A stretch of DNA of 64,000 nt from an uncultured Gammaproteobacteria bacterium (lineage in GTDB: Bacteria; Pseudomonadota; Gammaproteobacteria; SZUA-229), in contig CAWECN010000020.1 in NCBI GenBank assembly GCA_963807625.1, positions 118,270 through 182,269 of the forward strand. Direction: 5' to 3'. The notes under the pieces were generated by a model. It had not been told where the DNA came from, made no database searches, and was given only the letters and a program-made list of their open reading frames with translations. Each line of letters starts with the position of its first letter. The first letter of the stretch is position 1. Of the stretch, positions 29,551-40,055 are shown one piece after another. The translations under genes and the position numbers were made by a program.

Positions 29551-30228
29551 TCAGACACCCGGCCGATCACCCCAGAGATATTTGTGTAACTGCATCTGAA
29601 ACCTGACCTTTAACTGATCTCGAAGGATCCAGTCTGCGAGCACCGTGCCATCCAGCTGGCCATGGCTCGGCGAAAACAGGATCTCACACCGCTCATCGAG
29701 CTGATACTGCTCTAAGATCTGCCGGCTCCAGAGGTAATCATTCTCATCACATATAACGAATTTGACCTGGTCATCACTCTGTAAAAACACAAAATTATCA
29801 AACTTGTTTTTAGCATCCTCAGTCGAAGCAGGTGTTTTAACATCTAGGATTTTAACGACGCGTTTATCAACTTTATCGACCAGAATCGCACCACTGGTTT
29901 CTAGAGAGACATCGTATCCTGCATCGCATAGTTGCCTGAGAAGGTCGATACAGCTTTTCTGCGCTAACGGTTCGCCACCGGTAACGGTAACAAAAGACGT
30001 GTTGTATCGACCGACTTCAGCCATGATGGAATCAATATCCATCCATTCGCCGCCTGTGAATGCGTATGACGTATCGCAATAGGCGCAGCGTAAAGGGCAG
30101 CCGGTGAGACGTATAAATACCGTAGGCCATCCTACATTTCTCGCCTCACCCTGTAGCGAATAAAAAATCTCGGTAATCTTCAGACGAGTTTGGGTCTCAG
30201 AATCAGACTGTTCAGGCTGTTTTGGCAT
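29551..30228 (-). CDS. queE: 7-carboxy-7-deazaguanine synthase (radical SAM)
   Basis: 225 aa with the [10 protein letters not shown] radical-SAM cysteine motif. Adjacent to queC. Confidence 0.9.
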   Translation of the reverse strand: MPKQPEQSDSETQTRLKITEIFYSLQGEARNVGWPTVFIRLTGCPLRCAYCDTSYAFTGGEWMDIDSIMAEVGRYNTSFVTVTGGEPLAQKSCIDLLRQLCDAGYDVSLETSGAILVDKVDKRVVKILDVKTPASTEDAKNKFDNFVFLQSDDQVKFVICDENDYLWSRQILEQYQLDERCEILFSPSHGQLDGTVLADWILRDQLKVRFQMQLHKYLWGDRPGV

Positions 30229-30248
30229 TACAATTTTAAGGAGTGTTT

Positions 30249-31025
30249 CTAATGCCCTTCGCGCTTCATGCGCTGTAAACGCTCGTTCGCCTTCTTTGCT
30301 ACCGTTGTATCAGGATATAAAGTGATGACCTGCTGCAGTGCTTCACGTGCTGCTGACCAGTTTTTTAACTCGAAGTAGACATAACCTATCTTTAGACGTG
30401 CGCCAGAATTTTTAGAGCTGTCTGGATACTGAGCGATCAATTGCTGAAACTCGGTCAGCGCTCTCTTATAATCACGTGAAACATAATTTGCTTCACCAAG
30501 CCAGTACTGCGCATTATCAGCATATTTGCTGTTTGGATAACTGGCCTTAAATGCTTCAAATGCTTTGATCGATTGCTCGTATTGCCCTTCTTTCAGCAGT
30601 GAAAAAGCTTTAGAGTAAGCTTGCTGTCCATCATTATCGCCCGCTACAACCGGGATTGCTGATTTTGATGTCGATGTATTTGGCGGTGGTACAGGCGCCG
30701 CAGCTCTACCGCTATTGCGTCCACCCGCTTCTACATTATTTATCCGTCGATCCATATCGAGATACAGGTTGCGCTGCCTCTGCTTCATGCTCTCCAGTTC
30801 ATAATCCTGCTGCTCGATCTGTTCGCGAAGTGCAGAGATCTCCTCACGCAATGTCTGCATGGTCTGCGTCTGCTCGCGCAACACATCTGAGCTCATCATA
30901 CGTTCCAGACGCTGGATACGCTGTTTGTCACTTAGGTTGGCAAGACTGGCATCTTCAGCAAGAGCATTACCCGCAAAGAGTAAACCGCAAACAATAAAGC
31001 TATATCCTAATATCTCGTTTTTCAT
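30249..31025 (-). CDS. cpoB: Tol-Pal system protein CpoB/YbgF (TPR)
   Basis: 258 aa with a signal peptide, coiled coil and C-terminal TPR repeats. Last gene of the tol-pal cluster. Confidence 0.85.
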   Translation of the reverse strand: MKNEILGYSFIVCGLLFAGNALAEDASLANLSDKQRIQRLERMMSSDVLREQTQTMQTLREEISALREQIEQQDYELESMKQRQRNLYLDMDRRINNVEAGGRNSGRAAAPVPPPNTSTSKSAIPVVAGDNDGQQAYSKAFSLLKEGQYEQSIKAFEAFKASYPNSKYADNAQYWLGEANYVSRDYKRALTEFQQLIAQYPDSSKNSGARLKIGYVYFELKNWSAAREALQQVITLYPDTTVAKKANERLQRMKREGH

Positions 31026-31094
31026 ACTAATAAAAACCCGTTATCACGATTATGTAATAAAGTTGAAGCGCAATATTGTATCTCAATATGAATC

Positions 31095-31649
31095 TTATTG
31101 ATAAACAATCTCAACACGGCGGTTCAGGCTCATAGACTCATCGTCATGGCCAAAAGCAATCGGTTTTTCCTCACCATAGCTGATGATGGTAATCTGATCA
31201 TTGCCCGCCCCCTCATATAACATCAGCTGTTTGACAGCCTGTGCACGTTTTTCTGCCAATGCCACGTTATATTCGCGGGTACCACGTTCATCAGCATGTC
31301 CTTCCAGCCGAACACTGGCAGCAGTATTAAATGAAAGGTATTTACCATGGTGCTTGACCAGCTCAACGTAGTCATCAGACACTGTGTTGCTGTCAAATTC
31401 AAAATACACTATCTTTTCGTGTAACACGTTATTGGGGTCATCTATCGCATTTTTCTCGTACGAAACCAGTTTACCGCCTTCCAGAGCAGTACCGCCGATA
31501 CCACTTCCTGCATTTATACCGCCAGCTGTCGCCCCGCTGTCAGCACCTGCATTATTAGCATCACTGGCCGACTCATCATCGGGCTTTATTCTCTCACCAC
31601 AGGCTGCAACAGATAATGCCAGCACTGATATTAAAAGTATTTTTTTCAT
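31095..31649 (-). CDS. pal: peptidoglycan-associated lipoprotein
   Basis: 184 aa with lipobox LSVAAC and a C-terminal OmpA-like domain (NxxLSxxRAxAV). Confidence 0.9.
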   Translation of the reverse strand: MKKILLISVLALSVAACGERIKPDDESASDANNAGADSGATAGGINAGSGIGGTALEGGKLVSYEKNAIDDPNNVLHEKIVYFEFDSNTVSDDYVELVKHHGKYLSFNTAASVRLEGHADERGTREYNVALAEKRAQAVKQLMLYEGAGNDQITIISYGEEKPIAFGHDDESMSLNRRVEIVYQ

Positions 31650-31711
31650 CGAAATAAACCTCGTTGTAATTTTATTCAGTTATATTTTTTCTCATTTATT
31701 ACGCAACAACA

Positions 31712-33007
31712 TCAATGACGAACCGAAGACCATGACGGCTCCCTGACTTCACCATCAGTAAACGCCAGGCGCTGCTTCTGACGACCATCGACAGATACCG
31801 CAGCTAACACTGCCTGGTTCTTTTCCTGTGATGCAAACAGGATCATGCTGTTATTGGGTGCAAACACAGGTGACTCATCTAGCGGTCCATCGGTCAAAGT
31901 TCGGGAAGATTTTGTCGCCAGTTCTAACACGGCGATTCGGTAGACATTACCTTCTCCATGTACGAAAGCTACTGATTTACCATCAGCGGAAACACTGGCA
32001 CTGGCATTGTATGCGCCTTCATAAGTTAACCGTTCCGGTTTAGATTTGCTCGTGATCGACTGTTTATACAGCTGTGGTTTACCACTGCGGCTGGATGTGT
32101 AGATGATCGATTTACCATCTGGCATCCATACCGCTTCGGTGTCGATCGACCAGTGATTAGTGATCCGCTTCAGCTTATTGTCCGATAGATTCAAGACATA
32201 TATATCCGGGTTGCCATCCTTCGACAGTGTCATGACCAGTTTTTTACCGTCGGGAGACCATGCTGGCGAACCATTTAACCCGTTAAATTTAGAGCGGCTT
32301 TTCCTCACCCCGGTAAGAATATTGTGCGTAAATATTTCAGCCTGCCCACTCTCAAAAGAAACATAGGCCAGCTCAGAACCATCTGGCGACCAGGATGGCG
32401 ACATGATCGGCTGGTCAGACGTTAACAGTGTCTGTGGATTATAGCCATCAGTATCAGACACCTGCAGACGCGCATTATATGACGTTTTATCACGCTTCAG
32501 GGTCACATAGGCGATACGGGTACTGAAGGCCCCGGGTAGCCCTGTTATATGAGTAAAGATATAATCACTGATCTGATGAGCAACTCCACGCAGGGTCTTG
32601 TCTGTCGCAGAAAAACTATAACCCAGAACCTGCTTGGCCTTTAAAATATCGATCAGTCGAAACTCTACCTGGTAACTAGCATCGGCCTGTTTGGTGACGC
32701 TGCCGATGACGATATGGTCCATGCCGGCAATACGCCAGGTTTTATAATGGACATCAGCCAGTTTCTGTGGACGTGCGATCAGGTCTTTTTCAGCGACCGG
32801 TGAGAATTTACCACTGCGTGCCAGGTCAGACATCACGATAGCTGAGATATCAGCATTTGCCACCTTTGCTGTACCGTTCCATTGAAATGGGATTACCGCG
32901 ATTGGTAATGCACCTTCAAATCCTTCGGTGATGTCGATTTTTAAAACCGCCTGGGCAACCGAGGTAAAACTCAGGCAGAACAATCCAATTATTATTTTTT
33001 TAATCAT
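31712..33007 (-). CDS. tolB: Tol-Pal system beta-propeller protein TolB
   Basis: 431 aa with a signal peptide and repeated WSPDG beta-propeller blades. Confidence 0.95.
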   Translation of the reverse strand: MIKKIIIGLFCLSFTSVAQAVLKIDITEGFEGALPIAVIPFQWNGTAKVANADISAIVMSDLARSGKFSPVAEKDLIARPQKLADVHYKTWRIAGMDHIVIGSVTKQADASYQVEFRLIDILKAKQVLGYSFSATDKTLRGVAHQISDYIFTHITGLPGAFSTRIAYVTLKRDKTSYNARLQVSDTDGYNPQTLLTSDQPIMSPSWSPDGSELAYVSFESGQAEIFTHNILTGVRKSRSKFNGLNGSPAWSPDGKKLVMTLSKDGNPDIYVLNLSDNKLKRITNHWSIDTEAVWMPDGKSIIYTSSRSGKPQLYKQSITSKSKPERLTYEGAYNASASVSADGKSVAFVHGEGNVYRIAVLELATKSSRTLTDGPLDESPVFAPNNSMILFASQEKNQAVLAAVSVDGRQKQRLAFTDGEVREPSWSSVRH

Positions 33008-33028
33008 ATTTTTTTAGATGGCAACTTA

Positions 33029-33922
33029 TTAATGTTTAAATGTAAATTGTATCTTTCTGTCAAAAAGCTCAGGATCGGGCGGCAGCGGTAGTGGTGATGC
33101 TTTACGGACCGCTCGTTCCACCGAACGCTGAAAAGCCTTATCGCTGCTACATGACTGTAACTGAACATCGATCACATCGCCCGACATGGTCTGTGTCACG
33201 ATCACCTCGCAGCTCTGCTCCTCGCTGGTAGTAGCCGGGCGTAACCAGTTGTTTTCAACTGCCCGATCTATCTGCATGATATATTGCTGAAGCTGGGTCT
33301 GCAATCTGGCAGCACGTGCAGCCTGTACCCGTGCATCCTCCTCACGCCTCTGTTCTTCCAGCATTTCGCGTTCCATCTCAGCTTTTTCCTCAGCCCTGCG
33401 CTGTCTCTCTTCCTCTTCTTTTTGTTTTTTCTCTGCTTCCAGCCGCTGCTTTTCTTTCAACTCACTTTCCTTCTTCTCTTTAGCTGCCTTCTCTTTCGCC
33501 CGTCGATCTTTTTCTTTCTTCTCGGCTTCTTTCTTTTTAGCTAATGCCAATGCCTTCTGCTTCTCAGCAATTTTTTTCTTCTCTGCCGCCAGTTTCTGTT
33601 CCTGTTTTTTCTTTTCAGCCAGGCGCTGCTTTTCTAATTTTTTCTTGTTCTCGATTTCCTGTTTTCGTTTTTTCTCTGCAGCTTTCTTATCCTCTATCTT
33701 TTTCTGAGCGGCCAGTTTCTTCTGCTTCTCCCGCTCATCATATTTCGCTGCATCGACCACCACTGCGTCGATAATCTTATGTTTCTGCGCCGCAGGCATC
33801 GGCGGCTTTTCATCACTGGCCAGGTTGATACTCAACAGCACTATCAGAACAATGTGCACCGCGATGACAAACGCCAACGCCCAGGGGTTGTTCTTTATTT
33901 CACTTAGTAATCCGGAACTCAT
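33029..33922 (-). CDS. tolA: TolA
   Basis: 297 aa with an N-terminal TM anchor, a long K/E/A-rich helical domain and a C-terminal TolA domain. Confidence 0.85.
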   Translation of the reverse strand: MSSGLLSEIKNNPWALAFVIAVHIVLIVLLSINLASDEKPPMPAAQKHKIIDAVVVDAAKYDEREKQKKLAAQKKIEDKKAAEKKRKQEIENKKKLEKQRLAEKKKQEQKLAAEKKKIAEKQKALALAKKKEAEKKEKDRRAKEKAAKEKKESELKEKQRLEAEKKQKEEEERQRRAEEKAEMEREMLEEQRREEDARVQAARAARLQTQLQQYIMQIDRAVENNWLRPATTSEEQSCEVIVTQTMSGDVIDVQLQSCSSDKAFQRSVERAVRKASPLPLPPDPELFDRKIQFTFKH

Positions 33923-33948
33923 TGTTATTTCTACTATTTCAACCCGGC

Positions 33949-34359
33949 TTATGGCTGCTCAGTCATCAGCCCTACTTTTTCAACACCGGCAGACTGCAAC
34001 AGCACCATCGCTGTAGTCACTGATCCATAATCCGCATCTTTATCACCCCGTACCAGTACGGGTGTCTGTGGTTTCTGTTTCAATACCAGGGCAATCCGTT
34101 GCATAACAACATCATCACTCACCGGCTTTTTCAGCTCATCACCAATGTTTAAATAATAATCGCCGGTCTCGCTTACCGTCAGTATCACCGGCTCCTGTTG
34201 TTCGGGCGGCAGTGAATTAGCGGATAATTTTGGCAGCTCTACCTCTACACCCTGTTGTACGATAGGCGCGGTAATCATGAAGATGATCAGCAGTACCAGC
34301 ATCACATCGATGTAAGGCACCACGTTTATCTCGGAAACTGCCCGGCGCTTTTTACTCAT
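33949..34359 (-). CDS. tolR: TolR (ExbD family)
   Basis: 136 aa with a single TM segment; ExbD/TolR family. Confidence 0.9.
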   Translation of the reverse strand: MSKKRRAVSEINVVPYIDVMLVLLIIFMITAPIVQQGVEVELPKLSANSLPPEQQEPVILTVSETGDYYLNIGDELKKPVSDDVVMQRIALVLKQKPQTPVLVRGDKDADYGSVTTAMVLLQSAGVEKVGLMTEQP

Positions 34360-34384
34360 GACACCGCTCCATTAAACTTTTGCA

Positions 34385-35071
34385 TCAAGACTGCTCATCT
34401 GTAGCATTACTCTGACGCTGCAGGATTGTCGCAAACTCTTCGGCAAAGTTCTCATAAGTACTCGATAGACGATCGACACTCTCTGCATATCGGTTGTACG
34501 CTATAACAGCTGGAATAGCTGCAAACAGACCCATCGCGGTGGCAATCAAGGCCTCTGCGATACCAGGCGCGACCATTGCCAGGCTGGCATGCTCGACAGC
34601 TCCCAACGCGATAAATGAACGCATGATACCCCATACCGTACCAAACAGGCCGATATAAGGACTGATCGAGCCGATCGTCGCCAGTAGTGCCAGGTGTGAA
34701 TTCAGGTGGTCTTCTTCACGTGCAACAGCCACTTTCATACTACGCTGAACACCTGCCAGCATCATCTCAGGGTTGGTCTTATTTTTATGGGTGCGAACAA
34801 ATTCAGAAAAACCGGCTTCAAATATTTTTGCTATGCCGCGGCGTTCTGTGTTTTTACGTTTCACCTGCTGATAAAGGTCAGACAGGTTTATACCTGACCA
34901 GAACTGGTCCTCAAACCGGATAGCCTCTGCCCTCGCCAGCTTTAATACCTTGTATTTGAGCACGATGACGATCCATGACAGCACCGACGCACTCAGCAGT
35001 ATCAACATCACTACCTGCACTAAAATACTGGCACGTGTTACCAGTGAAAACAGGGACATATCAGCTTCCAC
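34385..35071 (-). CDS. tolQ: TolQ (MotA/ExbB family)
   Basis: 228 aa, collinear with E. coli TolQ. Likely start at MSLFSLV (35059). Confidence 0.9.
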   Translation of the reverse strand: MEADMSLFSLVTRASILVQVVMLILLSASVLSWIVIVLKYKVLKLARAEAIRFEDQFWSGINLSDLYQQVKRKNTERRGIAKIFEAGFSEFVRTHKNKTNPEMMLAGVQRSMKVAVAREEDHLNSHLALLATIGSISPYIGLFGTVWGIMRSFIALGAVEHASLAMVAPGIAEALIATAMGLFAAIPAVIAYNRYAESVDRLSSTYENFAEEFATILQRQSNATDEQS

Positions 35072-35525
35072 AATGAATCTCCTTTCTTATCTTCTCTATT
35101 ATTGGTGACGGTATACCCTGCGGAGTGAATTTCTTCGCATTCAGACAGGCGATCTTGATCTCTGCATCAGACAACAAGCCTGCCGTTGAGTCTGCAAGGT
35201 GCGATGATTCGAGAATAACAGATTGTTTAAAATGGATACTGGCTCTTCCCAGCGAAGTAATCGAAGTGACCACGTTTAACTCGTCATTAAATCTGGCAGG
35301 TTTTTTATATTGAATGTTGGCGCTACGCACCGCAAATATAATTCCCAGCTCTTGTTGTAATTGATCCTGCTCGTAACCGATACTGCGTAAAAACTCTGTA
35401 CGCGCCCGCTCCATGAACTTCAGATAGTTGGCGTAATAAACCACACCACCCAAGTCTGTATCCTCATAGTAGACACGGACTGGCCAGGAAAATTCCCGTA
35501 CCGCTACATTTTTATTCGAGCTCAT
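35061..35525 (-). CDS. ybgC: tol-pal associated acyl-CoA thioesterase (hotdog fold)
   Basis: 154 aa 4HBT-type thioesterase (YYANYLKFMERARTEFLR), immediately upstream of tolQ. Confidence 0.8.
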   Translation of the reverse strand: MSSNKNVAVREFSWPVRVYYEDTDLGGVVYYANYLKFMERARTEFLRSIGYEQDQLQQELGIIFAVRSANIQYKKPARFNDELNVVTSITSLGRASIHFKQSVILESSHLADSTAGLLSDAEIKIACLNAKKFTPQGIPSPIIEKIRKEIHCGS

Positions 35526-35590
35526 TGCTTAGTTTTATTATTATTGTTTTATAGCGTGGGTATCGAAAGTCGTTATCTCTTTAACATCTC

Positions 35591-36646
35591 TTATTCGAAC
35601 AGGTCCTGTTCTCGGGCAGCTTCTTTGCCCGATTCCTTTTTCATCCCACCTGGCGCATGCAGACCGAAATGCTTATAAACATTTGCCGTCGCGATCCGCC
35701 CTCTCGGGGTACGCATCAAATATCCCTGCTGTATCAGATACGGTTCGATCACATCTTCTATGGTATCGCGTTCTTCACCGATTGCCGCGGCCAGGTTCTC
35801 TACACCTACCGGTCCACCGTTAAATTTTTCTATTATGGCCAGCAACAATCGCCGGTCCATTATATCAAAACCCAGCGGGTCAACCTTCAATAATTCCAGT
35901 GCTCTTGCCGCGATATCTTCATTGACCTTACCATCAGCCTTAACCTCCGCATAATCACGAACCCGTCGTAACAAGCGGTTAACGATCCTCGGTGTACCAC
36001 GGGCACGGCGCGCAATTTCAGCGGCGCCTTGATCATCGATCTCTACATTTAAGATATCGGATGAACGTTTCACGATATGGCATAAGTCATTCAAACCGTA
36101 GAAATCCAGCCGTAGCACGATACCGAATCGGTCACGCAACGGTGATGTTAGTGAACCTGCACGGGTCGTCGCACCGACCAGGGTAAAAGGAGGCAGATCC
36201 AGTTTGATGGAGCGTGCCGCCGGGCCTTCACCGATCATGATATCCAGCTGGTGATCTTCCATCGCCGGATACAACACCTCTTCGACCACCGGGCTGAGGC
36301 GATGGATCTCATCGATAAACAAAACATCGTGAGGCTCCAGGTTTGTCAGCAACGCAGCCAGATCACCCTGCTTCTCTAGCACGGGACCTGAGGTCGAATG
36401 CAGAGCAGCGCCCATCTCGTTGGCAACAATATGAGCCAACGTGGTTTTACCCAGGCCAGGCGGACCAAAAAACAGGATATGATCTAGTGCTTCATTACGC
36501 GCTTTTGCGGCCGGGATAAAGATATCCAGTTGTTCGGTAACCTCCGGCTGGCCACGATAGTCTTTTAGATACTGCGGACGGATCGCCCTGTCGATCGCTA
36601 CTTCACCATCCACGCTCTCCGCTGATAACACGGGGTTTTCGCTCAT
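35591..36646 (-). CDS. ruvB: Holliday junction branch migration ATPase RuvB
   Basis: 351 aa with Walker A ([11 protein letters not shown]) and an AAA+ fold. Confidence 0.97.
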   Translation of the reverse strand: MSENPVLSAESVDGEVAIDRAIRPQYLKDYRGQPEVTEQLDIFIPAAKARNEALDHILFFGPPGLGKTTLAHIVANEMGAALHSTSGPVLEKQGDLAALLTNLEPHDVLFIDEIHRLSPVVEEVLYPAMEDHQLDIMIGEGPAARSIKLDLPPFTLVGATTRAGSLTSPLRDRFGIVLRLDFYGLNDLCHIVKRSSDILNVEIDDQGAAEIARRARGTPRIVNRLLRRVRDYAEVKADGKVNEDIAARALELLKVDPLGFDIMDRRLLLAIIEKFNGGPVGVENLAAAIGEERDTIEDVIEPYLIQQGYLMRTPRGRIATANVYKHFGLHAPGGMKKESGKEAAREQDLFE

Positions 36647-37248
36647 GTGACACCTCCCTGCAATGCGGCACGGATTATCTCTTCGGTCGACTTATCTTCA
36701 ACGTCGACATCCCGGATCATCTGGCTCGCCTGCTGCGCTTTATAACCCAGAGAGATCAGTGCGCTGACGGCATCATTAACAGGACTGGACTGTCTTTCTA
36801 TCTTTGCGGTGGAACCGGCAGCACCTGTAAGCTTGATCGAATCATCTTTTTCCAGACGGTCCTTAAGCTCGATGACCAAGCGTTCTGCGGTCTTTTTGCC
36901 GACACCCGGTAACCGTGTCAGTGATTTACTGTCGCCATCCATGATACATCGAGAAAAGTCCTCTGCGCTCATCCCAGACAAAATTGTCAGCGCCAGTTTA
37001 GGGCCAACACCGCTTATCTTTATCAGGTTGCGAAACATCTGGCGTTCGCTAAGTGAATGAAAACCATATAATAGCTGAGCATCTTCACGCACTACCAGGT
37101 GGGTATGTAAGGTGATGTTTTCACCGCAATCCGGCAGCTGATAGAACGTCGACATGGAAGCTTCCAGCTCATAGCCAACGCCCTGCACATCGATCAAAAT
37201 AGATGGTGGTTGCTTTTCGAGAATAGTGCCCTGCAGTCGTCCGATCAT
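36643..37248 (-). CDS. ruvA: Holliday junction DNA helicase subunit RuvA
   Basis: 201 aa with typical RuvA domains; overlaps the ruvB start. Confidence 0.95.
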   Translation of the reverse strand: MIGRLQGTILEKQPPSILIDVQGVGYELEASMSTFYQLPDCGENITLHTHLVVREDAQLLYGFHSLSERQMFRNLIKISGVGPKLALTILSGMSAEDFSRCIMDGDSKSLTRLPGVGKKTAERLVIELKDRLEKDDSIKLTGAAGSTAKIERQSSPVNDAVSALISLGYKAQQASQMIRDVDVEDKSTEEIIRAALQGGVT

Positions 37249-37254
37249 GACATG

Positions 37255-37779
37255 TTATCTCCAACGGCCACCGCGGACTTTTGTCGCGATACCCAGTGTT
37301 TTTATGTGCATATGATTTGCGTGACACAACGCTATCGCCAGGCCATCAGCCTCATCACTTTGCGGCACAAAATCAAGTTTCAGTAATAGTTTCATCATCT
37401 GCTGTATCTGCTCTTTATCGGCCGAGCCATTTCCGACTACCGCTTTTTTTATCGCTCGCGGCGTATACTCACCGACATCCAGCTGAGCATTGATTCCCGC
37501 ACAGATCGCCGCGCCTCTGGCCTGTCCGAGCTTCAGTGCCGAATCCACATTCTTGTTAACAAACACCTGCTCTACACCCATGGTATTTGGCTGCCACTCA
37601 GCAATGATTCTGCCCACCTCTTTGAATATAAAACCCAGACGCTCGGGTAACTCATCACCCTTGATATTGATATAACCGCTAGTGACATAATTATGCCGCA
37701 AGCCATCACTATCAATAACACCAAAACCGGTGCATCGGGAACCCGGATCGATACCGATTATGCGTGTTTTATCTGTCAC
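37255..37779 (-). CDS. ruvC: Holliday junction resolvase RuvC
   Basis: 174 aa beginning IIGIDPGSRCTGFGV. Confidence 0.95.
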   Translation of the reverse strand: MTDKTRIIGIDPGSRCTGFGVIDSDGLRHNYVTSGYINIKGDELPERLGFIFKEVGRIIAEWQPNTMGVEQVFVNKNVDSALKLGQARGAAICAGINAQLDVGEYTPRAIKKAVVGNGSADKEQIQQMMKLLLKLDFVPQSDEADGLAIALCHANHMHIKTLGIATKVRGGRWR

Positions 37780-37802
37780 GTTGATCTGTCATAATTTTAT
37801 GG

Positions 37803-38555
37803 TTATAAGGACAACTGTGCCATCACTTCATCAGAAAAGTCCGCATTGGTGTGCACGTCCTGCACATCATCCAGATCTTCCAGTGTATCGATCAGACGCA
37901 TTATCTTTTCCGCATCATCCAGTGTAACTTCGATCAGGTTCGCTGCTTTCTCTGTCACCTCGGCCTGTTCTGGTTCAAATCCCGACTCCGTCATGGCATC
38001 TTTTACCGAGCTAAAATCTTCATACGGTGTCACTACCTCGATAGCGCCTTCGTCGTCTGTCACCACATCCTCCGCACCTGCCTCCAGTGCAGCATCCATA
38101 ATGGCATCTTCATCACTGTCAGCCGGATAGATCAGCATACCGATACGGGAGAACATGTATGCGACGGAGCCATCGGTGCCGAGGTTTCCGCCCGCCTTGG
38201 TGAAGGCGTGACGCACTTCGGATACAGTGCGGTTACGATTATCTGTCAGGCAATCGACCATGATAGCCGTCCCAGCCGGGCCGTAACCTTCGTAGCGGAT
38301 CTCTTCATAATTAGTGTCATCACCTTCTCCAGTACCACGTTTTATAGCTCGTTCGATGGTGTCGCGGGTCATGTTAGCGCCCAGCGCTTTATCCACTGCC
38401 AGCCGCAGGCGTGGATTGGACGCCACATCTCCGCCACCGCCACCACGGGCCGCAACAGTGATCTCCCGTATCAGCTTGGTAAAGATTTTTCCGCGTTTTT
38501 TATCCTGGGCAGCCTTGCGATGTTTGATGTTCGCAAATTTACTGTGGCCAGCCAT
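37803..38555 (-). CDS. yebC: YebC/PmpR-family transcriptional regulator
   Basis: 250 aa, [28 protein letters not shown]...; conserved family upstream of ruvC. Confidence 0.95.
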   Translation of the reverse strand: MAGHSKFANIKHRKAAQDKKRGKIFTKLIREITVAARGGGGGDVASNPRLRLAVDKALGANMTRDTIERAIKRGTGEGDDTNYEEIRYEGYGPAGTAIMVDCLTDNRNRTVSEVRHAFTKAGGNLGTDGSVAYMFSRIGMLIYPADSDEDAIMDAALEAGAEDVVTDDEGAIEVVTPYEDFSSVKDAMTESGFEPEQAEVTEKAANLIEVTLDDAEKIMRLIDTLEDLDDVQDVHTNADFSDEVMAQLSL

Positions 38556-38686
38556 GAATTGCTCTCCGAATTATTCTAATTATTAGAGTTTCAATATAGA
38601 GCGCAGTCTAACACTGCGGTGGAGGTTCGGCTAAAGATTTAGGGGGATTTTCGATTTTTTCGGGGCTGGTGCCTGGTATTTACTTG

Positions 38687-39344
38687 ATACTTTTGGTTTG
38701 GCCTTGCGGTTCTCGCACCGCGGGCGAGGTACTCTTTTGCAATAGCCCAAAAGAGTGCCCAGAAAAGGCCACCACGTCAGCTGCGCCCCTGTAGAAAGCA
38801 CAGGGGTTCCCATTGAGGCATTACTGTTATCATGCTGTGCCAGAACTCGCGGAAGACGCTCAGACAGCTGGCGCAGAAAGCCCATGATAACAGTAATGCC
38901 TCAATGGCTAGCTAAGGTGGGTTGAAGGTCAAAGTCAAAAGCAAAAACTGGTATTGCTGAAGATTCACTAATCCTTTCGTAAGCGTTGGTTTTTGTTTTC
39001 GTTTTTTTCTCCCTTTTTGTTTGCTGAATTCATCACTGTTGGTAGAGCAAATTCGCCATGGACGGCGAATTTAGTCCTGTGCGCCCGGATGGCGCATCAG
39101 GACGGGCTCGTTGGCAACAGTGATGAATTCAGGCACCCCGAGTGCTTTTCTCGGGGCAAACGAAGTGGGATGGCATTCTTTTGGTTACTTTTCTTCTGCT
39201 ACTGAAAGAAAAGTAACTCGCCGTAAAAGGCGAAACTCACGGTAACAATCCACGTACCTAAGTAGCGTTAATAAAAGAGAAATAATGAAATCAGAAAAGA
39301 GTACCTCGCCCGCGGTGCGAGAACCGCAAGGCCAAACCAAAAGT
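38687..39344. repeat. ~0.66-kb non-coding nested-palindrome element bounded by 51-bp perfect inverted repeats (MITE/PATE/REP-cluster-like, or a large structured RNA)
   Basis: The outer IR is 38687-38737 against 39294-39344, matching 51/51. Internal perfect IRs are 25 bp (38809-38833/38882-38906), 18 bp (39023-39040/39114-39131) and 12 bp (39183-39194/39205-39216), plus several 5-9-bp hairpins. There is no credible ORF; it sits in an 820-bp intergenic gap. Confidence 0.7.
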
Positions 39345-39375
39345 ACCAGGTTAATACCAAAAAAATGGAGCCATA

Positions 39376-40038
39376 TCAAGCCGGCTCAGCATCAAGCAAC
39401 GGCGTGGTCGTCTCCCGGTCAAACATCCCGGTCTGCAGGAATATAATCACCTGCTTCGCCACCTTACCTGACATCAATATACTCAAATGGCTCTCACGTA
39501 CTACGATGGAATCAGTCGCGCCCTTAAGCATGGTCTCTTCGACCGAAACCGTACCATCATGCGGCAACTTCGGCCCACCCGCGACCAGCCCCATTCCAAT
39601 CGGGATATTACCTGCGATCACACCCACATCCTGCCAGCCTTTCCATTTCGGCACATCGCCCGACAAACCATTGACATGGCTCTGCCCCAGCATCCAGCGT
39701 GTCATCGGACTGGCATTGATACGTTTACCTACCGCACTGCCATTCACTGGCGATGCCAGCAATACGACACGACCTCTTTTGTTAAAGGGAAACTGATCGA
39801 ACAGATGTAAGGTCACGATGCCGCCAAAACTGTGTGCGACGATATGCACTACGGGAGCTTCGATTTTATTGATGAACTCGTTGAGTTTGACGGCGATCTC
39901 AGCCGGTGGTTTGCCCCATACGTGATAATTAAACATATGGCACTCATAACCGGCTTCAGACAAGCGATTACGTAGTCGCAGCAGGTCGACGCCCGCTACG
40001 CTCCATAGACCATGCACTAAAACAACTGCTTCACGCAT
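39376..40038 (-). CDS. alpha/beta-hydrolase-fold esterase/lipase
   Basis: 220 aa with the serine-hydrolase nucleophile elbow (VAHSFGG) and an N-terminal VLVHGLW oxyanion region. Confidence 0.7.
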   Translation of the reverse strand: MREAVVLVHGLWSVAGVDLLRLRNRLSEAGYECHMFNYHVWGKPPAEIAVKLNEFINKIEAPVVHIVAHSFGGIVTLHLFDQFPFNKRGRVVLLASPVNGSAVGKRINASPMTRWMLGQSHVNGLSGDVPKWKGWQDVGVIAGNIPIGMGLVAGGPKLPHDGTVSVEETMLKGATDSIVVRESHLSILMSGKVAKQVIIFLQTGMFDRETTTPLLDAEPA

Positions 40039-40055
40039 AGCTGAAGGTCAAGGTG

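Noticed and set aside
33284-33774. Highly repetitive K/E/A-coding DNA in tolA considered as a possible CRISPR or tandem repeat
   Set aside because: It is the known low-complexity helical domain II of TolA. It is in frame and not a repeat-spacer architecture. No CRISPR repeats were seen anywhere in the window.
37851-38579. 242-aa plus-strand ORF
   Set aside because: Antisense to yebC (37803-38555), which is a textbook YebC/PmpR protein.
38580-39375. Hypothesis that the structured gap encodes RNase P RNA, tmRNA or 6S RNA
   Set aside because: No match to the conserved P4/CR-I RNase P motifs (e.g. AGGAAAGTCCGGGCTCC), no tmRNA tRNA-like ends or tag ORF, and the size and structure do not fit 6S. 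Perfect long stems argue against an ancient ncRNA.
38631-39379. Small ORFs (84, 70, 64 aa) inside the nested-palindrome element
   Set aside because: Each runs through perfect inverted repeats, so the translations are mirror artefacts. They have no RBS and non-protein-like composition. The region is treated as non-coding.
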